A program made the translations under genes and the position numbers. A DNA stretch of 64,000 bases from Candidatus Eiseniibacteriota bacterium (lineage in GTDB: Bacteria; Eisenbacteria; RBG-16-71-46), in assembly GCA_031364845.1 (NCBI GenBank), contig JANLWX010000231.1, positions 23,531 to 87,530 of the forward strand, written 5' to 3'. A model generated the notes under the pieces. It did no database searches, had not been told where the DNA came from, and saw only the letters and a program-made list of their open reading frames with translations. Numbering within the stretch: the stretch's first letter is position 1; each line of letters begins with the position of its first letter. This document shows positions 55,927-64,000 of the stretch, one piece after another.

Positions 55927-57087
55927 ATGGATCGTCCGCCTCTGCTCGCGTTCTCGAACGTCCGCTGGGAGTCGTCCTTCCAGCGTCCTCATCAGGTGAT
56001 GACGCGCATGGGCAACCGCCGCAACGTCGTGTTCATCGAAGAGCCGTTGGTCGGCGGACCCTCGTCATGGATGGAATCACTGCGCGTCGCCCCAGGAGTG
56101 CGTGTGTGCCGCCCCCATCTCGCAGCGCACGAGCCGGCGCCCGGCCACCAGCAGTTCCACGACCTCGACACGATGCTGCGGTCCTTCCTGGATCGCGAGA
56201 ACATCACCGACCATGCGGCGTGGCTCTACACTCCGTCCGCAGTCAAGCTTGCGCGCGGACTCGAGCCGCGCGCGATCATCTATGATTGCACCGACAGCGT
56301 GGGCGCACTCGACGACCTTCCCGCGGGCGACGAACGCGAGTTGCTCGCATGCGCCGACGCTGTATTGACGAGCGGTCCGAGCATCTTCCGCGCGCGCACC
56401 GACAGTCATCCGTTCGTGCGTTGCTTTCCCAACAGCGTCGATGTCGCACAGTTCGCCGCGGCACGTGAAGGTCCCGAGCCCGCCGATCAGAACGCCCTTC
56501 CCCGTCCGCGGATCGGTTATCACGGGCCGGTGGACGCGCGGATCGACTTCGCGATTCTGGACCAGATGGCGATCTCCCATCCCGAATGGGAGATCGTGCT
56601 CGCTGGGCCGGCAGTCGGCATCGACCCCTCTGACATTCCGCAGCACGCAAACCTTCATCACTTCGATCACGTCGGTCATGCCGAGCTGCCGCGGTACATG
56701 TCGGGGTGGGATCTGTGCATTCTGCCGCTCGTGAGCAACGCATCGACGCGGTTCTTCAATCCGACGCAAGTGCTCGAAGGCCTTGCGGCCGATCGATCGG
56801 TCGTCTGCACGCCGATTCCCGATGTCGTCGAACTCCACCCGGACATCGTCTACTTCGGCGCAGAAGCCGGCGGCTTCGTCGCAGCTTGCGAAGACGCGCT
56901 GGGCGCATCGGTTGCCGATCGCGAAGCGCGCCGGGCGCGAGCCGTGCGCCAGCTCAAGCGCAGTTCGTGGGACGAGACCGTGCGTCGCATGGACGAGATC
57001 CTTCACTATCTCGGGGACTTTGGACGTGCGCGCGAAAGCATGCTGCAGACGCGGGCACCATGGACCTACGAAGCCCGCGTATCGTGA
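55927..57087 (+). CDS. glycosyltransferase (GT-B fold, family 1/4-like)
   Basis: Track ORF 386 aa with two-domain Rossmann-like composition and a C-terminal EWEIVLAGP region. The family assignment is weak. Confidence 0.5.
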   Translation: MDRPPLLAFSNVRWESSFQRPHQVMTRMGNRRNVVFIEEPLVGGPSSWMESLRVAPGVRVCRPHLAAHEPAPGHQQFHDLDTMLRSFLDRENITDHAAWLYTPSAVKLARGLEPRAIIYDCTDSVGALDDLPAGDERELLACADAVLTSGPSIFRARTDSHPFVRCFPNSVDVAQFAAAREGPEPADQNALPRPRIGYHGPVDARIDFAILDQMAISHPEWEIVLAGPAVGIDPSDIPQHANLHHFDHVGHAELPRYMSGWDLCILPLVSNASTRFFNPTQVLEGLAADRSVVCTPIPDVVELHPDIVYFGAEAGGFVAACEDALGASVADREARRARAVRQLKRSSWDETVRRMDEILHYLGDFGRARESMLQTRAPWTYEARVS

Positions 57088-57220
57088 GGGTTGCGCGTGC
57101 GCGCGTGCCGCGAGGCGCACGAGGCCTGGGCGCCAGGGGATCGCGCACGCGGCGCCGCGCTGCCCTGGTGTTTGGCCACAGTGCCTGGGGCCACACCGTT
57201 CGCCCATATTCGTACGCTTC

Positions 57221-58960
57221 ATGAGCCGCGCGCTTGGAATCGCGTGCGCCACCCTTGTGGCCGTGACCGGCTGGATCGTGTGCGCGCGTGCCGCCTCGCT
57301 CGACATCAGGCTCGCCGGAGTGCAGGGCGAGATGCGCCAGAACATCCTCTCCCATCTGTCGATCGATGAGCGCAAGAAGAAGGGGCTGACCGAAGCCGAA
57401 ATCCGCGAAATCCACTCCGGCGCCGAACACGAGATCCTCGCGGCACTCGAACCGTTCGGTTACTACCGCCCGTTCGTGACGTCGCGGCTCGACCACAAAG
57501 GCTCGCGCTGGCAGGCCCGTTACGACATCGACATCGGCACGCCGATGCGCGTCGATTCGCTCGAGGTGAAGGTGACGGGCGACGGCGCCACAGACCTCCG
57601 CTTCCGGAAGCTGATCGCAGAATTTCCTCTGCACCGCGGCGACGTGCTGTCCCATGCCCTCTACGAACTCGGCAAGGATCGTTTCAAGCTCGCCGCACTG
57701 AACGGCGGATATCTCGACGCCCGCTTCGAATTGGCGGAGATCCGCATCGATCTCGCACGCTACTCGTCGTCGGTCTTGCTCCATTACACAACCGGACCTT
57801 TCTATCGTTTCGGTCCGACCACGTTCCACCAGGACGTGATCGACCCGCAATTGTTGCAGGGTTACGTGAAGTATCAGCGGGGTGACCCGCTCGACTTCAA
57901 CAAGTTGATCGAACTCGAGCAGACGCTCGGCAACAGCCCCTATTTCAGCCGCATCGAAGTGCTGCCGCGGCGCGATCTCGCGATTGGCAACGAGATCCCG
58001 ATCGTGGTCGATCTGGTGCCGAGCACTCCCGGCAAGTACACCTTTGGCGCGGGATACGGCACCGACAACGGTCCCCACACGCGCGCGATGGCCGAATTGC
58101 GCCGCATCAATCGCCGCGGCCATCGGGCTGAAGTGGACGGGTCGCTCTCGACCACGGTTCAGAGCCTGACCGCGAACTACGTCATCCCGTGGCCCTATCC
58201 GCGCTCCGATGTCGTGACGCTCACGACCGGTTACGCGATCGAGAAGAACGTCGAAGCGGCCGAAGAGCGCACGGCATTCGTCGGTGCCAGGCTCGCCCGG
58301 CTGTGGGCGGGGTGGCAGATGAACTACGGCGTGCAATACCGTCGCGAGCAATTCGAGATCGGGCTGGATGGCGGCAATGCGCGTTTCCTCGTGCCCTCGG
58401 CGAACTGGAGCAACGTCGTGTCGAACGATGCGCTCGATCCGACCAACGGACGCCGGCTCATCTTCAGCGTGAGCGGTGCGCACGAAAGCCTGCTGTCGAC
58501 GGCCTCGTACGCCCGGCTCGAAGGTCATGCGCGCTGGATTCGCGCGTTCGGCAAACGCCATCGCCTGTTCGGGCGCGCCGAAACCGGACACACGTGGACG
58601 CCGTCGTTCCACGCGCTGCCGCCCTCAGCGCGCTTCTTCGCGGGCGGCGCGCAGAGCGTGCGCGGGTATGGGTTCCACACGCTCGGGCCGCGCGATGCGG
58701 CCGGCAACGTGACCGGTGGCCCCGTGCTGGCCGAGATCAGCCTCGAGTACGAGTATCGATTCCTCAAACGCTTCGGTGTGGCGACGTTCTTCGACGCCGG
58801 CAACGCCATGAACTCCTACCGTGATCGGATCGAGCAAGGTGCGGGCGGCGGCCTGCGCTGGCACTCACCCATCGGTCTCGTGCGCGTCGACGCCGGATTC
58901 CCGCTCACAACCGAACGCAAGCGCCCGGAGTTCCACCTCTCGATCGGACCTGCCCTGTGA
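57221..58960 (+). CDS. tamA: translocation and assembly module outer-membrane subunit TamA (Omp85 family)
   Basis: This is the 3' part of track ORF 56783..58960. I chose the ATG at 57221 (MSRALGIACATLVAVTGWIVCARA, a signal peptide). It has POTRA-like repeats and a C-terminal beta-barrel ending ...RVDAGFPL...FHLSIGPAL. Its stop overlaps the tamB start as ATGA. Confidence 0.75.
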   Translation: MSRALGIACATLVAVTGWIVCARAASLDIRLAGVQGEMRQNILSHLSIDERKKKGLTEAEIREIHSGAEHEILAALEPFGYYRPFVTSRLDHKGSRWQARYDIDIGTPMRVDSLEVKVTGDGATDLRFRKLIAEFPLHRGDVLSHALYELGKDRFKLAALNGGYLDARFELAEIRIDLARYSSSVLLHYTTGPFYRFGPTTFHQDVIDPQLLQGYVKYQRGDPLDFNKLIELEQTLGNSPYFSRIEVLPRRDLAIGNEIPIVVDLVPSTPGKYTFGAGYGTDNGPHTRAMAELRRINRRGHRAEVDGSLSTTVQSLTANYVIPWPYPRSDVVTLTTGYAIEKNVEAAEERTAFVGARLARLWAGWQMNYGVQYRREQFEIGLDGGNARFLVPSANWSNVVSNDALDPTNGRRLIFSVSGAHESLLSTASYARLEGHARWIRAFGKRHRLFGRAETGHTWTPSFHALPPSARFFAGGAQSVRGYGFHTLGPRDAAGNVTGGPVLAEISLEYEYRFLKRFGVATFFDAGNAMNSYRDRIEQGAGGGLRWHSPIGLVRVDAGFPLTTERKRPEFHLSIGPAL

Positions 58961-61900
58961 GCCCGCGTGCTCGTTTGTGGGTGAAGCGCGCGGCGCTCAC
59001 GATCACGACGCTCGCGGTCCTCGTCACGGCGACCATCGCGTGGCTCATCAGCACCGTGTCCGGAGCGCGGTGGGGATTCGAACGGATCGACGCGTTTCTA
59101 CCGGGAACGTTGCGCGTCGAGTACGTGACCGGCCGGCTGAGCGGCCCGCTCGAAGTGCGCCGGCTGCGCTACGAGAGCGACCGGATCCAGATCTCGATCG
59201 AGCGTCTGGCCATCGACTGGAGCTTGCGCGCGCTCGCGCTGCGCCGCCTCGACGTGCGCACGCTGGATGCGGACAGCGTGCGCATCGTTCATCTGACGCC
59301 CAAGGAGGCGGCGGCCGCGGAAGACACGCTCAAGCCCGAGTTGCCCGACCTCGATCTTCCGATGGACGTGATGATCCGCAAAGCCCGAGTGACCGGGCTG
59401 TTCGTCACCGGCGCCGAAGCCGAGAGCGCGTTCGTCGTCGAACGGATCGACCTCACGTCGGGCTCTTTCCGCGACACGCTCGGCATCGGCCTGCTCGTGA
59501 TGCAGATGCCGCGCGGACGACTCGAACTCGAGGGACGCGCGCGTCCCAACGGACGGTATGCGGTGGATCTTCGCGCGCGCTGGTCGTTTCGCACCGAAGG
59601 CGATCGCCTGTGGAGCGGAGACGGACGCCTCGTCGGTTCACTCGACACGGTACGCGTGATCCAGGACGTGCGTTCGCCGTTTCAAGCCCACATCGAGGGA
59701 CTCGCCTTCGAACCGCTGCGCCATCCGCGCTTCGACGCCGTCATCGACTTCTCGCGCATGGATCCGCGCGTCTTCGGCGATTCCTACCCTGCCGCGGTTG
59801 CGAGCGGGCGCATGACGGTCGCGGGAACGCCCGACACGTTCGACACGCGCGGCTCGGTCGATGCGATCACGCGATCGTGGGGACACGTGATGGGCAGCTA
59901 TCGATTCTCACGCGCGCCGGAACAGGTACGCTTTCAGGAGATCGTCGTGACCCAGCCCGGGCGCCCGTCGCGCATCGTCGCTCAGGGACGCATCGCGACT
60001 GTCGGAGAAAGTCCTGCCATGCAGTTTCAGGGACGCTGGACCCGGCTCGAATTCCCCCTCACCGGAACGCCGCATGCGTTCAGTCCGACCGGAGCGTTCC
60101 GCATCGCAGGAACGACCGACCGCTATCGGCTGAGCTCCGAAGCGATGCTCGGCGTGAAATGGGTACCCCCCACTCCGGTCAAGGTCGCGGGAACCGGCAC
60201 CCCGCGCGTGATCGATCTGAACACGATCTCGGGAGCGTTGCTCGGAGGAAACGTCGCCGGCCGCGGCCGCGTGACGCTCGATGCTCCGCTTGGATGGAAT
60301 CTCACGTTCACGGCGCGCGATCTCGATCCGTCGACGGTGTGGCAGGCGTATCCCGGCAGCTTCGGCTTCGAAGCGCGAACGCGCGGTGACGCGCGCGACG
60401 GCGGCCCGGTCGGTGTCGTCACGATCGAGAACCTCAGCGGGCAGGTGCGCGAAGAGCCGGTCTCGGGACGACTCGATCTGGATCTGGTCCCCGGCGGCAA
60501 TTCGGTGAGGAACCTCGCGGTGCTATGGGGAACGAATGAGCTCACCGCCTCGGGCCTGCTCGCCGATCGGTGGGATCTCGACTGGACCCTGAACGCCCCC
60601 GACCTCAGCGTGATCCCGCATGGCGCGGGACGCATGATCGCCCAGGGACACTTCGGCGGTTCGGAGGCTGGCCCCCACATCACGGCGTCGCTCGAAGCCG
60701 ATTCGATACGTTGGAAACACGACGGTGCGCACCGCGTGACGCTCGATGCGGACATCGACCTGGGCGGTGGCCGGGTCGGCAAGCTCGACGCCGAAGCCGC
60801 GGGACTTCACGTCGCGTCCCGATCGCTCCTGCACGCCGGCGTCCATGGCAGCGGGTGGCGAGACGCGCACGAAGTGACCCTCACCGCACGCAACGGCTCG
60901 GACAGCATCCGCACTGCGGTCCGTGGAGGACTCTTGGACGGCGAGTGGCGCGGAGATCTCACGCAGATGGATCTCGTCTCGCAGGACTTCGGATCGTGGT
61001 CGCTCGACAGCAGCGCGGCCGCGCTCGCGGCGAGCCGCGAGGCTGCATCGATGCGCGGCTTCTCGTGGAAATCCGGGGCCTCGCGAGTGGATCTCGACGC
61101 CACGTGGCGCAAGGGCAACACGTGGACACTGAACAGCATCCTCGAGAGCATCCGGCTCGCGGTGCTCCAGCCGTTCATGCCGCCCGCCGTGACGATCGAA
61201 GGCACCTTCGCCGGAGCAGTTCACGCGCGAGGAACCGGATCTCAGGTGGCCGGCGACGCCCAGATCGATCTTGGTCAAGGCGAACTGCGCTATCCGGTCG
61301 GTAAGAAGAAGACGGGAACCACCACGATCGAACCGAGCACGATCCGGGCGTTCGCCGACGGACGCTCCGTGTCCGGTGAAGCCGCGTTGTCGTTCGGCGC
61401 GGCGGGCACCGTCAGCGGTCACGTCCGGATGCCGCAGAGGTCAGGCGGTGACGCGCTCGACGGAGCGTTGAAGGTCGCATTGACCGATCTCGGCGTTGCG
61501 CAGGTGGTGCTGCCCGAACTCACGGCGACGCGCGGCCGGCTCGATGCCGACCTGCGGCTATCGGGTACCCGCTCCCGTCCGCAGTGGTCCGGTCAGGCGG
61601 CACTCAGCGAAGGTGCGGCGGACGTCCCGAGGTACGGGCTCGAACTGCGTGACGCGCAATTCAAGGTGCAGGGTCAGGGCGGGAGCCTCGCGTTCGACGG
61701 CGGTATGCGCTCGGGTCCGGGAACGTTGCAGGTAAAGGGAGATGCCCAGCTCACCCCGGGTGTGGCGCGCGCCCAGGCCACGCTTACCGGCAGCCGCTTC
61801 CAGGCTTCGAAGACGCAGAGCCTCAACGTGCTCGTCTCTCCGCAGCTTCACATCACGATGGTCGGAGATTCGGCGCGGCTCACCGGTGAAGTGCTGATTC

Positions 61901-62718
61901 CCGAAGCTGACATCCGCAATCAGGAGCGCCAGCGCGAGGCGATCGGTTCCTCCAAGGACGTCGTCTACGTCGGTGCCGACTCCGGCGCATTCGAGAAGCG
62001 CGCGGCGTTCGTGATGTCGTCTTCCGTGCGTCTGGTGCTCGGCGAACTGGTGCGCATCCGCGCGGCCGGGCTCGATGCACGGCCCACCGGCAGCGTGCTC
62101 GCGATCGACAAACCCGGCTCACCGATGTCCGGCAGCGGCGAATTGAATCTCACCGGAGGTACCTATAAGGCGTACGGGCAGGACCTGCGCATCGAACGCG
62201 GCCGCCTGTTCTTCGCGGGCGGGCTCATTGCGAATCCCGGTCTCGACTTTCGCGCCTCGCGGCTTGCGCGCGACGGAGTGGTCGCCGGTTTCGAAGTGAC
62301 GGGAACGCTCGAAACCCCGCGCTTCGCGTTGTTCTCGGATCCGCCGATGGCCGAGCGCGACGCGCTCGCCTATGTCGTGCTCGGGCACAAGCTCAACGAC
62401 AAGAGTGAATCGGAGTCGGGCATCGTCACGTCGGCCGCGCAGTCGCTGGGCTTGAGCGGCGGCAATCTCATCGCGAGTTCGGTGGCGAGCCGGTTCGGAA
62501 TCGACGAGGCCTCCATCGAAACCGAGGGAACGCTCGAGCAGGCTCAGTTGATGCTCGGGACGTACCTGTCGCCGCGCGTCTACGTGAACTACGGGATCGG
62601 CGTGATCGACCCGGTGAGCCTGCTGCGGATCCAATACTTCCTCAACAGCAAGTGGACGCTGCACGCCGAGACCGGCAGCCAGAGCAGCGCTGAAGTGCTG
62701 TACACGATCGAGCGCTAG
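58957..62718 (+). CDS. tamB: translocation and assembly module inner-membrane subunit TamB (DUF490)
   Basis: Track ORF 1253 aa with an N-terminal TM anchor (LTITTLAVLVTATIAWLI), a long beta-rich body and a DUF490-type C-terminus (YVVLGHKLNDKSE...GTYLSPRVYVNYGIG...LNSKWTLHAETGSQSSAEVLYTIER). Confidence 0.8.
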   Translation: MSPRARLWVKRAALTITTLAVLVTATIAWLISTVSGARWGFERIDAFLPGTLRVEYVTGRLSGPLEVRRLRYESDRIQISIERLAIDWSLRALALRRLDVRTLDADSVRIVHLTPKEAAAAEDTLKPELPDLDLPMDVMIRKARVTGLFVTGAEAESAFVVERIDLTSGSFRDTLGIGLLVMQMPRGRLELEGRARPNGRYAVDLRARWSFRTEGDRLWSGDGRLVGSLDTVRVIQDVRSPFQAHIEGLAFEPLRHPRFDAVIDFSRMDPRVFGDSYPAAVASGRMTVAGTPDTFDTRGSVDAITRSWGHVMGSYRFSRAPEQVRFQEIVVTQPGRPSRIVAQGRIATVGESPAMQFQGRWTRLEFPLTGTPHAFSPTGAFRIAGTTDRYRLSSEAMLGVKWVPPTPVKVAGTGTPRVIDLNTISGALLGGNVAGRGRVTLDAPLGWNLTFTARDLDPSTVWQAYPGSFGFEARTRGDARDGGPVGVVTIENLSGQVREEPVSGRLDLDLVPGGNSVRNLAVLWGTNELTASGLLADRWDLDWTLNAPDLSVIPHGAGRMIAQGHFGGSEAGPHITASLEADSIRWKHDGAHRVTLDADIDLGGGRVGKLDAEAAGLHVASRSLLHAGVHGSGWRDAHEVTLTARNGSDSIRTAVRGGLLDGEWRGDLTQMDLVSQDFGSWSLDSSAAALAASREAASMRGFSWKSGASRVDLDATWRKGNTWTLNSILESIRLAVLQPFMPPAVTIEGTFAGAVHARGTGSQVAGDAQIDLGQGELRYPVGKKKTGTTTIEPSTIRAFADGRSVSGEAALSFGAAGTVSGHVRMPQRSGGDALDGALKVALTDLGVAQVVLPELTATRGRLDADLRLSGTRSRPQWSGQAALSEGAADVPRYGLELRDAQFKVQGQGGSLAFDGGMRSGPGTLQVKGDAQLTPGVARAQATLTGSRFQASKTQSLNVLVSPQLHITMVGDSARLTGEVLIPEADIRNQERQREAIGSSKDVVYVGADSGAFEKRAAFVMSSSVRLVLGELVRIRAAGLDARPTGSVLAIDKPGSPMSGSGELNLTGGTYKAYGQDLRIERGRLFFAGGLIANPGLDFRASRLARDGVVAGFEVTGTLETPRFALFSDPPMAERDALAYVVLGHKLNDKSESESGIVTSAAQSLGLSGGNLIASSVASRFGIDEASIETEGTLEQAQLMLGTYLSPRVYVNYGIGVIDPVSLLRIQYFLNSKWTLHAETGSQSSAEVLYTIER

Positions 62719-63183
62719 CCCGCTGGCCCCTGCGCGGGGCCGCCCGATTGCCACGGCGCACCGGATCCAAAGCTACAACGCTTGTAAGAATCCGCGATTC
62801 ATTCCAACAATTTCCCTGCGATCGGGCCGCCCCCAGTACTTCGCGTTCGACATGACCGAGCCGCGGTACTGCGTTGGGGTTCAAATGGTTATTACAATTG
62901 ATGATCCGGGGCAAGTTCGCACTTACGGAGTGGCATGCTGGGTGCTCTGTTGTTAGATCGCATCCGCGCGTGAGCGGCGAGAGACATGAGTCCGGTGGCA
63001 CCAACGTCAGGGAGTGCCAGGACCGGAACCAGCGAAGCGGGACAGCGGCTCACGTACCGTTTGAGTGGCACAACGAGCACAAGACGATCGCAGAGACGTT
63101 TGACTGATATTCCACGAAGCGACCGTTGATGCGATCAAACGCGGTCCTGTTTCACTGGTCTTGCGACCAGCCTGAATTCCAGA

Positions 63184-63222
63184 GGCGCCTGCGCACGGAC
63201 GCGAGGCGCCTCTTCTATTGTT
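63184..63222 (+). terminator. candidate hairpin terminator in low-GC intergenic island
   Basis: GGCGCCT-(13 nt)-AGGCGCC followed by UCUUCUAUUGUU on the plus strand. Confidence 0.3.
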
Positions 63223-63337
63223 CCGGACTCGTCTTCCCCGCGACCCGCCCGGTGGACAATGTGGACAAGTCTGTGGGGAACTCCAACTATCCGAAGCGTA
63301 CGTACGATCGAACGCCTGCCACTTTCAGGAGACGAAC

Positions 63338-63817
63338 ATGAACACGAGAGTCCGCGACGAAAGCAGCACCACCGACCGCGAGATCGCCCTGTCACGCGTG
63401 GTCGACGCTCCTCGAGAAGCCGTCTTCGTCGCGTGGACCGAACCCGAGCAGGTGGCGGACTGGTGGGGCCCCGACGGCTTCACGAACACGATCGGGGAGA
63501 TGGAGGTGCGGCCGGGTGGCGTGTGGCGTTTTGTCATGCACGGGCCCGACGGCGTCGACTATCCGAATCACATCGTGTTCATCGAAGTCGTGGAGCCGGA
63601 GCGGCTGGTCTACAGCCACCGCGGCGACGATGGCGAGGCGGGCGGCACGTTCCTCGTGACGGTGACGTTCGGTGAACTGGACGGCAAGACTCACGTCACG
63701 ATGACGTTGCTGTTCGACACGGTGGAACACCACGACCGCGTGGTCGAGGAGTTCAGTATGATCGACGGCGGCAAGCAGGCGCTCGGCCGCCTCGCGCGGT
63801 TCGTGAAGGGCGTGTAG
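63338..63817 (+). CDS. SRPBCC-superfamily protein (AHSA1/activator-of-Hsp90-ATPase-like)
   Basis: This is the 3' part of track ORF 63218..63817. I chose the ATG at 63338, preceded by AGGAGA. Motifs VFVAWTEPEQVADWWGP and EVVEPERLVYS are typical of the AHSA1/SRPBCC family. Confidence 0.75.
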   Translation: MNTRVRDESSTTDREIALSRVVDAPREAVFVAWTEPEQVADWWGPDGFTNTIGEMEVRPGGVWRFVMHGPDGVDYPNHIVFIEVVEPERLVYSHRGDDGEAGGTFLVTVTFGELDGKTHVTMTLLFDTVEHHDRVVEEFSMIDGGKQALGRLARFVKGV

Positions 63818-63868
63818 TACGGCAGGCATCGCGGCCACGCCCGCCCGCAGCGGGTGCCCCGCGCGCGC

Positions 63869-64000
63869 TCAGGGTTGCGGAATCTCGATCAGGGTCGTGG
63901 TGTTCGATGTCCACCGCACGAGGATCCGGCCCGAGCGGCTGAGCTGGGCCATACACTCGACGAACGCGCGCGGGTAGTTGGCGCCGTTGAACGCCTCGCC
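63869..64000 (-). CDS. 3' end of unidentified minus-strand gene (continues beyond window)
   Basis: Manual reverse translation gives ...GEAFNGANYPRAFVECMAQLSRSGRILVRWTSNTTTLIEIPQP followed by a stop. It is not in the ORF track because the start lies outside the window. Confidence 0.3.
   Translation of the reverse strand, partial: GEAFNGANYPRAFVECMAQLSRSGRILVRWTSNTTTLIEIPQP

Overview
This is a high-GC (~70%) bacterial chromosomal segment. Judging from the PEP-CTERM and Por/T9SS-type C-terminal sorting domains and codon usage, it may come from a Gemmatimonadota/FCB-group-like organism; that is my inference, not a database result. Coding density is very high, and most genes lie on the minus strand in long co-directional runs with 1-11 nt stop/start overlaps. 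From about 18.5 kb down to 0.9 kb one apparent super-operon reads rny, a ymdB-folD fusion ORF, xseA, xseB, ispA, a PAP2-like gene, dxs, nadK, a hypothetical gene, recN and trpE-G-D-C-F-B, with trpA absent, ending at a tRNA-Arg. A second conserved block (tRNA-Val, thrS, infC-rpmI-rplT, pheS-pheT, a coiled-coil gene, zapA) contains a likely 6S RNA downstream of zapA and an AUU-initiated infC. This block is split between thrS and infC by a 6.6-kb gene for a 2214-aa secreted protein. That protein has six tandem modules, each an unrecognised ~195-aa Cys-rich domain followed by two IPT/TIG domains in modules 1-5; after the sixth Cys-rich domain the C-terminus is an FN3-like domain and a Por/T9SS-type sorting domain; terminator hairpins lie in both flanking intergenic regions. 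The right half of the window carries aromatic amino-acid genes (DAHP synthase, aroC). It also has envelope and secretion genes: a PEP-CTERM protein, a frameshifted exosortase-like gene, two GT-C-fold glycosyltransferases, PPK2, a DUF4097 beta-helix protein, a BNR-repeat protein with the same T9SS-type C-terminal domain, and tamA-tamB. The remaining genes are an MFS transporter, a PLP decarboxylase with a Pro-rich N-extension, a HAD hydrolase, YihY, a type IB topoisomerase and an SRPBCC protein. I found no rRNA, CRISPR array or transposase/integrase. Coordinates follow the supplied ORF track, with the stop codon included. Internal start codons were chosen by frame arithmetic and by reading the sequence around them.
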